Translations under genes and position numbers: made by a program
DNA from: Mustelus asterias
Lineage: Eukaryota
Length of the DNA: 64,000 bases
Assembly: GCF_964213995.1 (NCBI RefSeq)
Contig: NC_135823.1
Location: 1,674,001-1,738,000, forward strand
Reading direction: 5' to 3'
The notes under the pieces: model-generated
Database searches by the model: none
What the model saw: the letters and a program-made list of their open reading frames with translations, nothing else
What the model was told of the DNA's origin: nothing
Shown: one piece after another, positions 37,201 to 47,390 of the stretch
How positions within the stretch are numbered: the first letter of the stretch is position 1
Layout of the letters: each line of letters begins with the position of its first letter

Positions 37201-38562
37201 TTTCTCTGTTGTTTTGGAATTCGACACACTCTTCGTCCAATATTCCCCTGGAATCCCCAGTTCAACAACACAAGTGCAGTCAGCGCCACTTTTCCAGGTT
37301 ACCCCCGACACCATGACGTGACTTCTGATGCTGTAGGTCCCGTCCCCTTCCATTCTCCCGGGATCACTCGATCCTTCAGTGATAAAGCCGGAAATATTCC
37401 AGAAAACAGCAATCTGGTTGGAAGAAACTCCAGTGACCAAACACACTAAGGGCACGGTTTCATTTACATCCAGCTCAGCCGGCGGGACAAATACCAGCAG
37501 TGCCGTCTTGTTGGTAGAACTGTCTGGACAGAAATTGGGACACAGTTAACGATTAATTTACACCAAATGGTATTGCTGTGCACAATCTGAATTCATTTCA
37601 CTTACTCTCTTACCTCCAACCAGTAGTATGGGTCCATTCTGGAGCTGTGCATAGCCAACCTTATCAGCACAGTAGTAGAAACCCGAGTCATTCGCCTGGA
37701 CATTGCGAATTTCCAGTATCAATTCACGTTTGCCGTTGCCTTTTTTAGAAATAAACTTACAACCGTCCGCCTGACAGGGTGAGATATCGATTACTTTCGG
37801 GATTTCACCAACGCGTTGCTTGTACCAGCAATAGCTAGCCACAAAGTCCACCTCGTAACTGTGGTGACAGGTTAAATTCACCGTCTGGCCGACTTCAGCT
37901 GTCATTGTGAAGGGCCTTTGAGGTAGAGAGGGCTCGGAATCTGTAACTAGAGAGATTATTCAAACATTACCACAGATTATTTCGACATAGAAAGCAGCCG
38001 TTTGAAAAAAAAATAAATCGCCTGTAAATTAAGAACAATCTCATTAATGTCTTCAATTATTCATGCTTAGATTTATTTCCCATTTTGCGTTTCTTCGCTT
38101 GAAAGCAGGAAACAGAAAAGAAACTAAAATCCTTTTCCCAATCACTGGCTCACATTTGCATTGCTGTAGCCGGGCGGCACCGTGATTGGCACCGCTGCCT
38201 CACAGCGCTGGAGACCGAGGTTCAATCCGTGGCTTGGATAGTTCTCTGATCACGTTCTCGCCCTGTCTGCCTGAGTTTCCTCCGGGTGCTCCAGTCTCCT
38301 CCCACAGTCCCAAAGCTGTGCTGTTTAGATGCATTGGCCATGATAGATTCTCCCTCCTTGTCCCCGAAAAGTCGCCAGAGTTTGGCGACCAGGACATTTT
38401 CTCAGTAACTTAATTGCAGTGTGGATGTAAACCCACTTGTGACACTAATGCTTAAAAACTATTTTTGGCTGATGCCAATTTAAATATCTCACCTGGCAGA
38501 TACTCACCATAAGCCCACAACAGTTGGAGAATAATTATCAGGGATAAAGATTGCTGGGACAT
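19143..38562 (-). CDS. Spliced 8-exon IgSF receptor gene (leader-VJ-C1-TM-cytoplasmic with ITIM-like motif), about 337 aa; non-rearranging antigen-receptor-like (VJ-C1/PRARP/SIRP-like architecture)
   Basis: Exons 38508-38562, 37614-37946, 37194-37523, 21732-21833, 21599-21629, 21319-21359, 19328-19377, 19143-19214 all have GT-AG boundaries. Phases 1,1,1,1,2,1,0 join into one 1014-nt open frame ending in TGA. Confidence 0.88.
19328..19377 (-). CDS. Exon 7, cytoplasmic ([17 protein letters not shown])
   Basis: acacacag acceptor, CAG|gtgagt donor, 50 nt, phase 1->0. Confidence 0.78.
20310..20968 (+). mobile_element. Decayed CR1 3' part in intron 6
   Basis: [21 protein letters not shown]; CR1 tail. 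Confidence 0.85.
21319..21359 (-). CDS. Exon 6, cytoplasmic ([13 protein letters not shown])
   Basis: ttcgcttcag acceptor, CGG|gtaagc donor, 41 nt, phase 2->1. Confidence 0.78.
21599..21629 (-). CDS. Exon 5, cytoplasmic ([11 protein letters not shown])
   Basis: ttcttctattttag acceptor, AC|gtgagt donor, 31 nt; needed to keep the downstream exons in frame. Confidence 0.78.
21732..21833 (-). CDS. Exon 4, transmembrane exon [34 protein letters not shown]
   Basis: ttttttctctatag acceptor, CAG|gtgagg donor, 102 nt phase 1-1, 23-residue uncharged hydrophobic stretch. Confidence 0.87.
22095..24290. mobile_element. Cluster of CR1 3' fragments (22095-22605 -, 22870-23475 +, 23960-24290 +)
   Basis: RT C-terminal motifs and CR1 tails. 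Confidence 0.8.
24565..24601 (-). ncRNA. Second hammerhead motif in the opposite pLTR copy
   Basis: CAC CUGAAGA A GGGGC uuaag GCUCC GAAA ACUU GUG (palindrome broken by one change). Confidence 0.65.
25301..25337 (+). ncRNA. Minimal type I hammerhead ribozyme motif in the pLTR
   Basis: CAC CUGAAGA A GGGGC uaaag GCUCC GAAA GCUU GUG; palindromic AAGCUU helix III. Confidence 0.75.
25853..26163 (+). mobile_element. HE1-type V-SINE
   Basis: tRNA head, V domain, CR1-like tail. Confidence 0.88.
26789..30436 (+). mobile_element. Young CR1 LINE, truncated in ORF1, with intact ORF2 and extended 3'UTR
   Basis: TGTTCC duplicated at 26783-26788 and 30437-30442; (TGTTCT)n tail. Confidence 0.95.
27014..29923 (+). 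CDS. CR1 ORF2: APE endonuclease + reverse transcriptase, 969 aa uninterrupted
   Basis: YFNARS, VTETW, GDFN, LDL, SDH; [21 protein letters not shown]; frame stays open back to 26948. Confidence 0.96.
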   Translation: MVAGDELWAGTRLAKKKSTLGEDDLTEPGCLECLYFNARSVAGKTDELGALMRTRNLDVVAVTETWLKEGQDWQLNIPGYKCFRRDRGGAKRGGGVAVLVGEHITAVQREDNSEESCSESLWVELRNRKGAVTMLGVYYRPPNSPREVEEWICQEILDRCRKYRVVVVGDFNFPGIDWKSLRAGTLDGEAFVKCVQEGSLEQYVDSPTREGAILDLVLGNEPGQVFKVLVGEHVANSDHNSVSFRIVMEKDEWCPKGKVLDWGKANFIGIRQKLAALDWERLFEGKSTSGMWQSFKERLLGLQDKHVPVKKKDRKGRIREPWITREIEGLVKRKREAYVRSKQLKTEGALEEYNESRKILKRGIRRAKRGHEMFLADRIKENPKAFYSYVRNKRVVREKIGPLRDKSGDLCLEPKEVGEILNEYFASVFTKERDVLTGSVSEGSVEPLEKISITKEEVLGLLENIKTDKSPGPDGIYPRLLRETRGEIVGPLTQIFVSSLDTGEVPEDWRIANVVPLFKKGRKDNPGNYRPVSLTSVVGKLLEKILKDRMYAHLERNKLINDSQHGFVRGRSCLTNLVVFFEEVTKIVDEGRAVDVVYMDFSKAFDKVPHGRLVKKVGSHGIKGEVARWVENWLGHRRQRVVVEGSFSGWRPVTSGVPQGSVLGPLLFVIYINDLEEGVTGVISKFADDTKLAGLADSEEHCQRLQKDIDRLEIWATKWQMEFNPDKCEVMHFGGNNVGRSYTINGRTIKGVETQRDLGVQVHRSLKVTSQVEKVVKKAYGMLAFIGRGIEYKSWGLMLQMYRTLVRPHLEYCVQFWSPHYQKDVEALERVQRRFTRMLSGMEGLGYEERLGKLGLFSLERRRMRGDLIEVYKIMKGIDRVNGGKLFPGSVVTFTRGHRFKVKGGRFNTDIRRTYFTQRVVGAWNVLPGKVVEADTLGTFKTYLDSYMNGVGMEGYKRVDSFGPGSGAG
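32415..35805 (+). mobile_element. Decayed CR1 (ORF1 3' half + ORF2 + tail) inserted in a minisatellite
   Basis: IGTADIG...[10 protein letters not shown] (ORF1); APE and RT motifs with many stops. Confidence 0.93.
35806..37112. repeat. Degenerate CA-rich minisatellite, unit about 30-40 bp with core GCTCAGATATTTA (also 32270-32410); Rex1-like tail inserted at about 36765-36985
   Basis: More than 20 visible copies of the core. Confidence 0.92.
37194..37523 (-). CDS. Exon 3, C1-type Ig domain
   Basis: LLVFVPP...VPLVCLVTG...VFWNISG...[27 protein letters not shown]; acceptor ttctgtccag, donor AAG|gtgaaa; 330 nt; only a 90-nt intron from the V exon. Confidence 0.92.
37614..37946 (-). CDS. Exon 2, V-set Ig domain with germline-encoded J-like G strand
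   Basis: [21 protein letters not shown]...[10 protein letters not shown]...[34 protein letters not shown]; acceptor tctctctag (alternative ttacag at 37940), donor G|gtaaga; 333 nt, phase 1-1. Confidence 0.93.
38508..38562 (-). CDS. Exon 1, signal peptide [18 protein letters not shown](G)
   Basis: aaaATG start, hydrophobic core, phase-1 donor G|gtgagta; a second in-frame donor CAG|gtgaga lies 15 nt further on (exon end 38493). Confidence 0.85.
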
Positions 38563-38939
38563 TTTGCGGAGGTGAGCAATATCTCCCTGTTTCCACTCGC
38601 AACAGTTTGTTTTTGGTGAACGGTCGCCGACTGAACTGGGTTCAGTCCCAGTTAATTGTTGCACTTCAAGATGTGGAAAATATGACAAAGGGCGCAATGG
38701 AAAGTATGACACAATGCTGGGGGCAGTGTCCTGCTGAATGCCACGTGCATTTGACGCACTGTGGTAGCCGCATACGTGTCACAGGGGTCAAGAGATAGAA
38801 TATCCATACAGAGCTTGATTGGTTTGTCATTCCGAGAGGACCACAAGTTAATCAATGAGCGGATATGTGCTGAATATGTAAGTAAAAATTTAATTTATTC
38901 TCAGGGTATGGGGTGAGGGGCTTAGTTCAGAAGGATGAC

Positions 38940-41100
38940 CAAGGGGATCTCATTGAAATTTACAGAATAGTGAAAACCCTGGATAGAGTGAACGTGGGGA
39001 AGATGTTCAGAATTGAACAGAATAGAATAGCATCCCTATTGTGCAGAAGGGGGCCATTCAGCCCACCGAGCCTGCACTGACAACAATCCCACCCAAGCCA
39101 TTTCCCCGCATTGCCACCTTAAACTGCTAGCCTTGCTAACATGGGCAAGTTAGCATGGCCAGTCGAACTAACGCATACATCTTTGGAGTGTGGGAGGAAC
39201 CTGGAGCACCCGGAGAAAACCCATGCATACACAGCGAGAATGTGCAAACTCCCGCAGTCACCCAAGGCCGGAATTGAACCCGGGTCCATGGTGCTGTGCG
39301 GCAGCAGTGCTAACCAATGTGCCACCATCCATTGGTAGGAGAGACTAGGCTCCAGGGGCACAGACTTAGAGTAAAGTGTTGACCCTTTAGAAGCGAGATA
39401 AGGGAGAATTTCTTCAGCCAGAGGGTGATGAATCTGTGGAATTCATTGCTACAGAAGGCTGTGGACGGCAAGTCATTTAATGCATTTAAGACAGAAATAG
39501 AAAAGTCTTTGATTGGTAAGGTGATAAAAGGTTATGGGGTAAAGGTGGGAGAATGAGGCTGAGAAACATATCTGCCATGATCGAATGGCAGAGCAACTCC
39601 ATGGGTCGAATGACCTTATTCTGTTCCTTTATCTTATGGTCGTTTGGCTGGGCCCGCATATATTAAGTACCTCAATGGGCGGGTTGATCAGTGGTGGTGA
39701 GTTGCCTTCTTCGAACAAAGAGAAGAGAACATTGAACATACAGCACTGGAACAGGCCCTTCGGCCCTCGATATTTTGCCGAACTTGACACCTAAAGAAAC
39801 TAACCCCTTCTGCCTGCCCCTGGCCATATCCCTCTAGTCCTTGCATATTCATGTGCTTAACTAAAAGCCCCTTAAACGCACCTATCTTATCTGCCTCCAC
39901 CGCCATCCCAGACAGGGCGGTGCAGACACCGACCACTCTCTGTGAAAAACATTTGTCCCTCACATCTTTGAACTTTCTTCCGATCACCTTAAGTTCAAGC
40001 CCCTTGATGTTTGACATTTCATCTCTGGGGAAAAAAAGATTTTGCTGTCACCCCTATCGAGGATTGTCATAATTTTATAGACTTCCATCAGGTCTCCCCT
40101 CAGCCTCCGCCGCTCCAATGAAAACAACTTCTGCACCTTCTCCGTGGCAGTCCATTTGCTAACCAACTGCGCTAAATAAGACGCGAGATCTAACATTTTG
40201 ACCTGCCGTAGCGAAGGAACGGCAATATATTTCCAACAGATTGTCTCTTACTGGGAGGAGAGTGTGATGGCGATGGTGTCCCCATGCGTCTGCTGCCTTT
40301 GTCCTTCTGGTCGATTAAGGTGTGGATTTGCAAGGTGAATAACAGGAAAATAGATTGAATGTAATGGTACACCCTATGGGACACTCTGAAGCGAACGTTT
40401 TATTTTTACAATTTTTGCCACAGAAACTTCGGAAATATTAGTAGGAAGAGGCCACTCGGCCCTTTGAAACTGCTCCGCCATTAATTCTGATCATGGCTGA
40501 TCATCAAATTCAATTTCCTTATTCCCCCCTTCTCCCCATATTCCTCGATCCCTTTCGCCCCAAGAGCTATATATAATTTCTTCTTGAAATCACACAACGT
40601 TTTGTCCTCAACTACTTTCTGTGGGAGTGAATTCCACAAATTCACCACCCTCTGGGGGAAGAAATTTCTCCTCACCTCAGTCCGAAAAGATTTACCCCTT
40701 ATCCTCAACATATGACCCTGACTTCTGGACTACCCCCACCATTGGGAACATTCTTTCTGAATCGATCCCGTCTGATCCTATTAGAATCCCCTCTCACTCT
40801 TCTAAACTCCAAAGAATACAATCCTAACCTGCTTAATGTCTCCTCATATGACAGGCTTGTCATCCCAGGAATCAGCCTGGTAACCCTTTGCTGTAGTCGC
40901 TCTATAGCAAGGACATCCTTCCTGAGATAAGAACACCAAAACTGTACACAATACTCCAGGTTTACTTTTGGTATCACAGAACGTTTTGGGCTCAACCACT
41001 TTCTGTGGCAGTCAATTCCAAACATTCAACACTCTCTGGGTGAGGAAATTTCACCTCAGTTCATGCCGAAAAGATTTATCCCATATCCTCAAACTATGAT
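38940..41100. mobile_element. CR1 3' fragments with a nested HE1 SINE (about 39020-39330, -)
   Basis: RT C-terminal motifs, CR1 tails, V domain. Confidence 0.8.
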
Positions 41101-41832
41101 CACTAATTGGTGACACAACCTGCTTGCACAGAAACTGGAAAATATTGGATGGATTGTCGGTGGATATATTTGAAATGCACAGTGGCAGCCTTCGTGAGTT
41201 GTTTCAATGTTCCCTGTATGTAGAGACTGGACACTGCCGCTGATTAAGGGAATGCATCGTTTGTGAGTGAAGCTGGGTATCTGTAACTTTTCTTCCAGAC
41301 TGGACGTTGAAGAAGGACATGGACCTAGTGTCGCATTTATGAGGGGACTGTAAATGAAGTCATACATACAATAGCCTGGTCTTTGTTCATTGTATCAAAG
41401 CTGAGCGGCAGACCGGCTATGCTAGCGGTTTCAAACTTAGCGCCAATGTGTGACCTCGGCAAGCAGTTCTGTGTGTGCAGCGTCTCAACTGTGAAAACAA
41501 GCAAACCACTGAGGCCTTCTGGCTCGAATAATTTTCCATCAGCCGTGTAAAGTGGATAGAATCTTGGCGAGCGGCTTCCGCCCCTCGATGTCCTCTGCAC
41601 ACCGCAGAACATGCGAAGCGTCCTTGTGGGTAAAAGCTAACAGCCGGGGCCAGAGCCAATGTGTCTCTTTGCTGCCACGCCAAACCCTCTGTTGCAGGTT
41701 GGACTGAATGGATTCATTCTCATGCTAGGTCATGCACTTATGCAGAACAGATCAAGCGCTCAGTTCCCGGTGATGTCAGAACCTGTTCTATCAGTATTTC
41801 ATTCGACAAATCTCTTTGCATCATAGAAGGCC

Positions 41833-42530
41833 AGGCGAAAACCTCGTGGTATTATCGCTAGACTATTAGAATAGAATACAATCCCTATAGTGCAGCAGGA
41901 TACATTCGGCCCATCGAGTCTGCACCGAGAACAATCCACCCAGGCCCTATCCCCCTCATCCCACATTATGTACCCTGCTAATCCCTCGAACCTATGTATC
42001 CCGTGACGCTAAGGGGCAATTTAGCATGTTCAATCAACCTAACCCGCACATATTTGGACTGTAAGAGGAAAGCGGAGCATCTGGAGGAAACCCATGCAAA
42101 CATGGGGAGAATATGCAAACTCCACACAGGCAGGGACCCAAGCCTGAAATCGAACCCAGGTCCCTGGAGCTGTGAGGCAGCAGTGCTAATCACTGTGCTC
42201 CCGTGATCCAGACACTCAGCTACTGTTCTGGGGACCCTGGTTCGAATCGCTCCCAGGCAGCTTGTGGATTTTGAATTCAATAAAGATACCTGCGATTCAG
42301 AATCTACTGATGACCATGAATCGATAGTCAGGAAAAACCCATGTAGTTCGCTCTATCGTTCAGCAAAGGAAATCTGCCATCCTTACCTGGTCTGGCCTAC
42401 ATGTGACTTCAGACCCACGGCAACGTGCTTGACTTTCAAATCGTTTTTAAGACACTCGATTGCCCTCGGGCAACTAGTGATAGGTAATAAATTCTGGGCA
42501 GCCAGCGACGCCCATGTCCCATGAATGTAT
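41833..42530 (+). mobile_element. tRNA-SINE interrupted by an antisense HE1 SINE (about 41868-42205)
   Basis: Head GTGGTATTATCGCTAGACTATT resumes at ATCCAGACACTCAGCTA. Confidence 0.85.
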
Positions 42531-45500
42531 GTTCCTTTTGTGGCAACATGCGTTCCCCATCATTACAGTGAAGATTGTTTGATATGCTTTCCTGAGGGGT
42601 TTCACAGAGATTTTGCACATGTTTCTCTGAAAGTACTGCAGAAATAGGTCATGTTTCCAATGAGGAAATCCAATAAGCAGAATCATCTGTCGCATTAACA
42701 GCTCCAAGTGTTTTGTCTGTTAGAATGATGTATATTCACCATTTACAATAACTGCCAAGTTGATCAGGATTCTATTCTTTGTTCTCGTTGAGATTTGAAG
42801 TTATTAAAACAGCTGATTACGTGAGGACTGATGTTTCACAGGCACTTTTTAAAACATACGTTTATTTAATGTGCCTTTGTTTTAAATACTACTTGTATAT
42901 CGTTTATTCACCCATCCTCCCCTCCGCCCCCCTCCCCCGCCCCCCGCCCACTCTCCCAGAAAGCTGAGCGAATATCTCCCTCAAGAAAGGAAAAGTGAGC
43001 AACAGATCAATTTCATAATGTTGACAGGTAACATTTTGTCACACTTTTGGTGAGAGCGTTAACCAACTCAGTGTCCAGATCACCAACGATTTGTCCTGGT
43101 CCCTCCACGATAATGTCCTTGTTAAGAAAACCTACCAATGCCTCGGGGGTCATGGTGGCACAGTGGTTAGCATTGCCACCTTAAACGCCAGAGCTTCGGG
43201 TTTGATTCCCGGCTTGTGTGATTATCTGTGTGGACTTTACACATTTTCCTCATGTCTGGGTTTCCTCCGGGTGCTCCGGTTTCCCCCGACACTCCAAAGA
43301 TGTGCAGGTTCGGTGAATTGGCCAGGCTAAATTCTCCCTCAGTGTCCCTTGACCGACGCCAGAGGCAGTGTGAAAGCAGTTCATTGCAGTGTGAAAGCAA
43401 GCCGAATTGTGACTAATAAATAAACTTTAACTTTCTCATGACGCTTAGGAAATCCGACATGCCTTGTGTGACTCCCACCAGCTTTTACAGACGCACATAG
43501 AAAACATCCTTGTCTCATAGATTCGTATGGCTCCTTCTAGAAATACAAAGGGTTGTGAATGAAGTCATCTGCAATTTCTTGCTATCACGTGATTTAATCG
43601 AATCGGATGAACTCAGATGTCTGTCATGCTGGCGACTCCTGGAGCAGGCTCGGTTGTGTCATCCACTGGATACTTCTGGTTGAATTTTGTTCCAAGTGCC
43701 TTGCATTTTGCACTGATGTGCTGGGCTGCCCCGTTAATGAGCATACAGATATTTTTGGAGCTTCCTGAAGACGGGTAAGGGTTAATGAACTTCGTAACAC
43801 TTGAGAGAAATACTTGAGAGATTTGTGAAGAAGCATTGTACTTGTTTTCGTGTCTGCAGAATCTGTTTTTCATGTATCCGAACAGATAAGAGCAGCAGCC
43901 GCCGTATACCAGATTATGTTCAGGAATGTGGCTAACCCAGCTGGTAGCCATTTTGTGTTCTTTAATGTTATGTACTGCTGTGTAACAGTGGAGCCTACAT
44001 GCAGGCCTTCTGTGGTCGTATAATGATACATTCATATATATTCATCATATCCTTACTGATATAAATTATGCAGTTACCTGCGAACATACATAAATTGTTG
44101 TATATAGGCCCCTGCACCTCTGTATGCCGGTTAACTTGTTTGTGCAAGGCTGCCCACTGGTGTTCACAGAGAGCAACAACGTCGTGGCCTTGTGACAACC
44201 GTGAAAAACCTCCTTTATACTGACAAACAATCCTATTTAAATAACAGTTTCCTGGTTACTTGCTCTCTACCATCCAAGACCACCTCTACACATGCTCAGT
44301 GGCGGCACTTGCTGTCAATTGTATGATGGTCAGTTGACATTCATGATTAACTAGGGACAAATCCGCCTTCCTTCTGCAGGGAGAAGAGCAGGTAAAAACT
44401 GGATTGACCCCATTCTGTTCTTCGTTCACAACCTGTATGGATCCGTTTGGAACTGATTGATCAGGACCACCCCAAATCCGTGTTCCTTACTAATACCGTA
44501 CTCTAAGTTACATATATCTAAATCTGGAATCTTGGGTCAGAATAGATCAGAATGGGTATGCGATGGAGACTGACGGAATAGGGGGGCAGCTTGATTGAGA
44601 TGTATACAATTATGAGGGGCACAGATAGAGTAGATGGAAAGAAACATTTTAAGTGTATTTATTCGTGCCACAAGTAGGTTTACATTAACACTGTAATGAA
44701 GTAACTGTGAAAATCCTCTCGCCGCCTGGCGCTTGTTTGGGTAGACTGAGGGAAAATTTAGCATGGCCAATGCACCTAACTAGCACATCTTTCGGACTTT
44801 TGGAGAAAACCGGAGGAAACGGAGGAAGCCCAGCAGACACGGAGAGGACGTGCAGACTCCAAACAGACAGTGACCCAAACCGGAAAATGAACCGGGATCC
44901 CTGCTGCTGTGAGGCAGCGGTGCGAACCACTCTGCCACTTTGCCACCCGATTTCACTTGGTGGATAGATCAGTGAGCAGAGGGCATGGATTTAAGATAAA
45001 GGACAGGATGTTTGGAACCATAGAATCCCTATATTGAAGAAGGAGACCGTTCAACTCATGGAGCCTGCCCCGACTCTCTGAAAGAGCACCTTAACAGAAA
45101 CCAATTTTCAGATCTTTTGTTCATGTCTGAACCAAGGCTGCAATGAAGTAGTTCTTGACTAAGACTGGGAGAAGCCAAACTGAGCGCCACTGGGCAGGTT
45201 ATCGCTGGACATGCATCGATTCGATTTACTTTCATTTGGTTTGATTAATTATTGTCACATGTATTAGTATACATTGAAAAGTATTTTTCTTGTGCACTAT
45301 ACAGGCAAAGCGTACCATACGTAGGGAAGGAAAGCAGATAGTTCAGAATGTAGTGTTACAATCGTAACTAAGGTGTAGAGAAAGATCAACTTAATGCTGG
45401 GGAGGTCCATTGAAAAAACTGAGGGTAGCAGTGAAGAAAACCTTGAAGGAGGTGACCAGGGCAGTGAGGAGCGCGTGGGCTGGGATCACGGGACTTCTTG

Positions 45501-45574
45501 CTGTCATACACATACCAGCTCTTCTCTGGGGTAACTCAGTACTCGGCCCCCGGGAATTGGAAAATATGGTGGAA

Positions 45575-46620
45575 ATGCATGTTTTGCAGCGACGACGTAC
45601 AGTGGTTAAGAACTGGAAAATTCAGCGCTGTGTTCATTTTGTCTCAGCATTTCCTGTTTATAGTTCAGGAGCCCACTCATATCTCAGCCCACAAAAAGAA
45701 ACAGCTCACAACTTATGTTTAACTGGGCGCTTCAGACTGATTCAAGCTGTGGAGGAGAGGCAAGGTTAATGTTAAAATCCCCGAGAACTCAACAGCACTA
45801 CTGGTTGTGACATTTGCTTGAGCACAGGAGATATCAGCCTAATACCGAGTGTTGCGTTGAATTCATTCTGAACACGTTCATTTATTCTGTTTCCAACCAG
45901 AAGGTGTCAGATTGAAGAAAACTAGAAAGAGGAGTGAACGATTGAGTTATTGTTTCACTCTGTCTATCTCTCTGTGGTATAAACATCCTCTTACACAATG
46001 GAGCATGGACAATCTGCTCAGGGCTGGTATTTATCCATCACACGAAACACCTGCTACATTTTCCGGAGTGTGGCGACTCGCGGATTTTCACATTAACTTC
46101 ACTGCAGTGTTAATGTAAACCTACTTGTGTGACATTAATAAATAAACGTTAAAACTTTCAATTTACGTTTTGCAGAGACTCCGTAGAGCGTTTGAATATA
46201 GCACTGGAAAATTCAGCACAGTGTTAATTTAAGTTTTTAAGTTTATTGATTAGTGTGTCACAGTTGACTTACATTACGACTGCAATTAATTTTGTCTTGG
46301 CGTTTCCTGTTTACCGTTCAGGAGCCTACCCACATCTCAGCCCGCAAAGGGAAACATTTCACAGCTCTCTGTTAAACACTGGTGAAAGGCGGTGTGCATC
46401 AAAACAGATTCAAACTGAGGAGTAAAGACAATGTCCTTGAACTGAACAACATTGCTGCTTGTTGCATTCCCCTGGGCACTGGGGATATCGCCCTAATTCA
46501 AACTATGTCTACCTCATTCCGAAAATATTCTGCTTTCAAAAATAGCGTAGCACAATGAAGAAATATAGGAACATAAATTGATGTCTGAGTAATTGTTTCA
46601 TGCGGTATCTGTCTCCCTGC
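45575..46620. repeat. Old ~400-bp tandem duplication of non-TE sequence (about 45575-45975 and 46160-46620)
   Basis: Shared blocks ACTGGAAAATTCAGC, TTTCCTGTTTA, GTTCAGGAGCC, ATCTCAGCCC, TGAGT.ATTGTTTCA. Confidence 0.8.
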
Positions 46621-46949
46621 CTACCTCTTTGTCTTGTAAATATTCCTCTCAGCCGGCCATCTGCGGATGGCGGCTGTTCATATGTTTCGCAGGAATCTCC
46701 TCACATCCACAATTCATTCCACCCCACCAACACATCATTTTATTCCTTCCGCCTTCATTGGTTTATCCAACTAACCACTTAATTGCATATCGGCTGTTGG
46801 GCTAAAGCAGTCAGTGTGGGAACTACTTCCGCAAACTCTCCACTCACTGAATGAACAAGTTCCTTATGAAATCCCGGCTATCAGTGGTCTTTCTCTCCCA
46901 ACAAGACCCGACTAATCCTTTCATAGTTTGCAATCGGTTTAGACGCTGG

Positions 46950-47390
46950 TAGAATCCCTACGGTGCAGAAGGAGGCCATAGGGCTCTTCGAGTCTGTGCC
47001 GACTGCCCAAAAGGGCATCCGACCCAGGGCCTTAAACGCCCACGTGTTTACCGCGGAAAACCGCCAAGCCTACACATCTTTGGACACGAAGGTGCAATTT
47101 AGCATGGCCAATGCACCTAACATGTACATCGATGGACACTAACGAGAAATTTATCATGGTCAATCCCGCTAACTTGCACAACTTTGGACATTAAGGGGAA
47201 ATTTAGCATGGCCAATCTACATAACCTGCACATCTTTGGAATGTGGGAGGAAACCGGAGCACCCGGAGGAAACCCACGCAGTCAGTGGGAGAACGTACAA
47301 ACTCCACACAGACAGTCACCCAAGGCCGGAAACGAACCTGGGTCCCTGGCACTGTGAGGCAGCAGTGATAACCACTGTGCTGCCGTGCTA
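46950..47390 (-). mobile_element. HE1-type SINE with three internal tandem repeats
   Basis: Repeated TTTAGCATGGCCAAT...CATCTTTGGA; tRNA head near 47385. Confidence 0.85.

Noticed and set aside
37614-37946. VNAR/IgNAR or NAR-TCR identity for the V domain
   Set aside because: Trp-to-second-Cys spacing (52 aa) is light-chain-like with no CDR2 deletion; no D/J segments; single C domain with a long tail.
38154-38161. Perfect octamer ATTTGCAT in intron 1; RUNX/E-box-like words at 38742-38845
   Set aside because: Short motifs expected by chance in 64 kb (another octamer at about 63721); no conservation data.
38757-38763. CACAGTG heptamer (minus strand) upstream of the leader; similar heptamers in SINE heads and CACAGTA near 10996
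   Set aside because: No nonamer at 12 or 23 bp and not adjacent to a V or J coding end; not an RSS.
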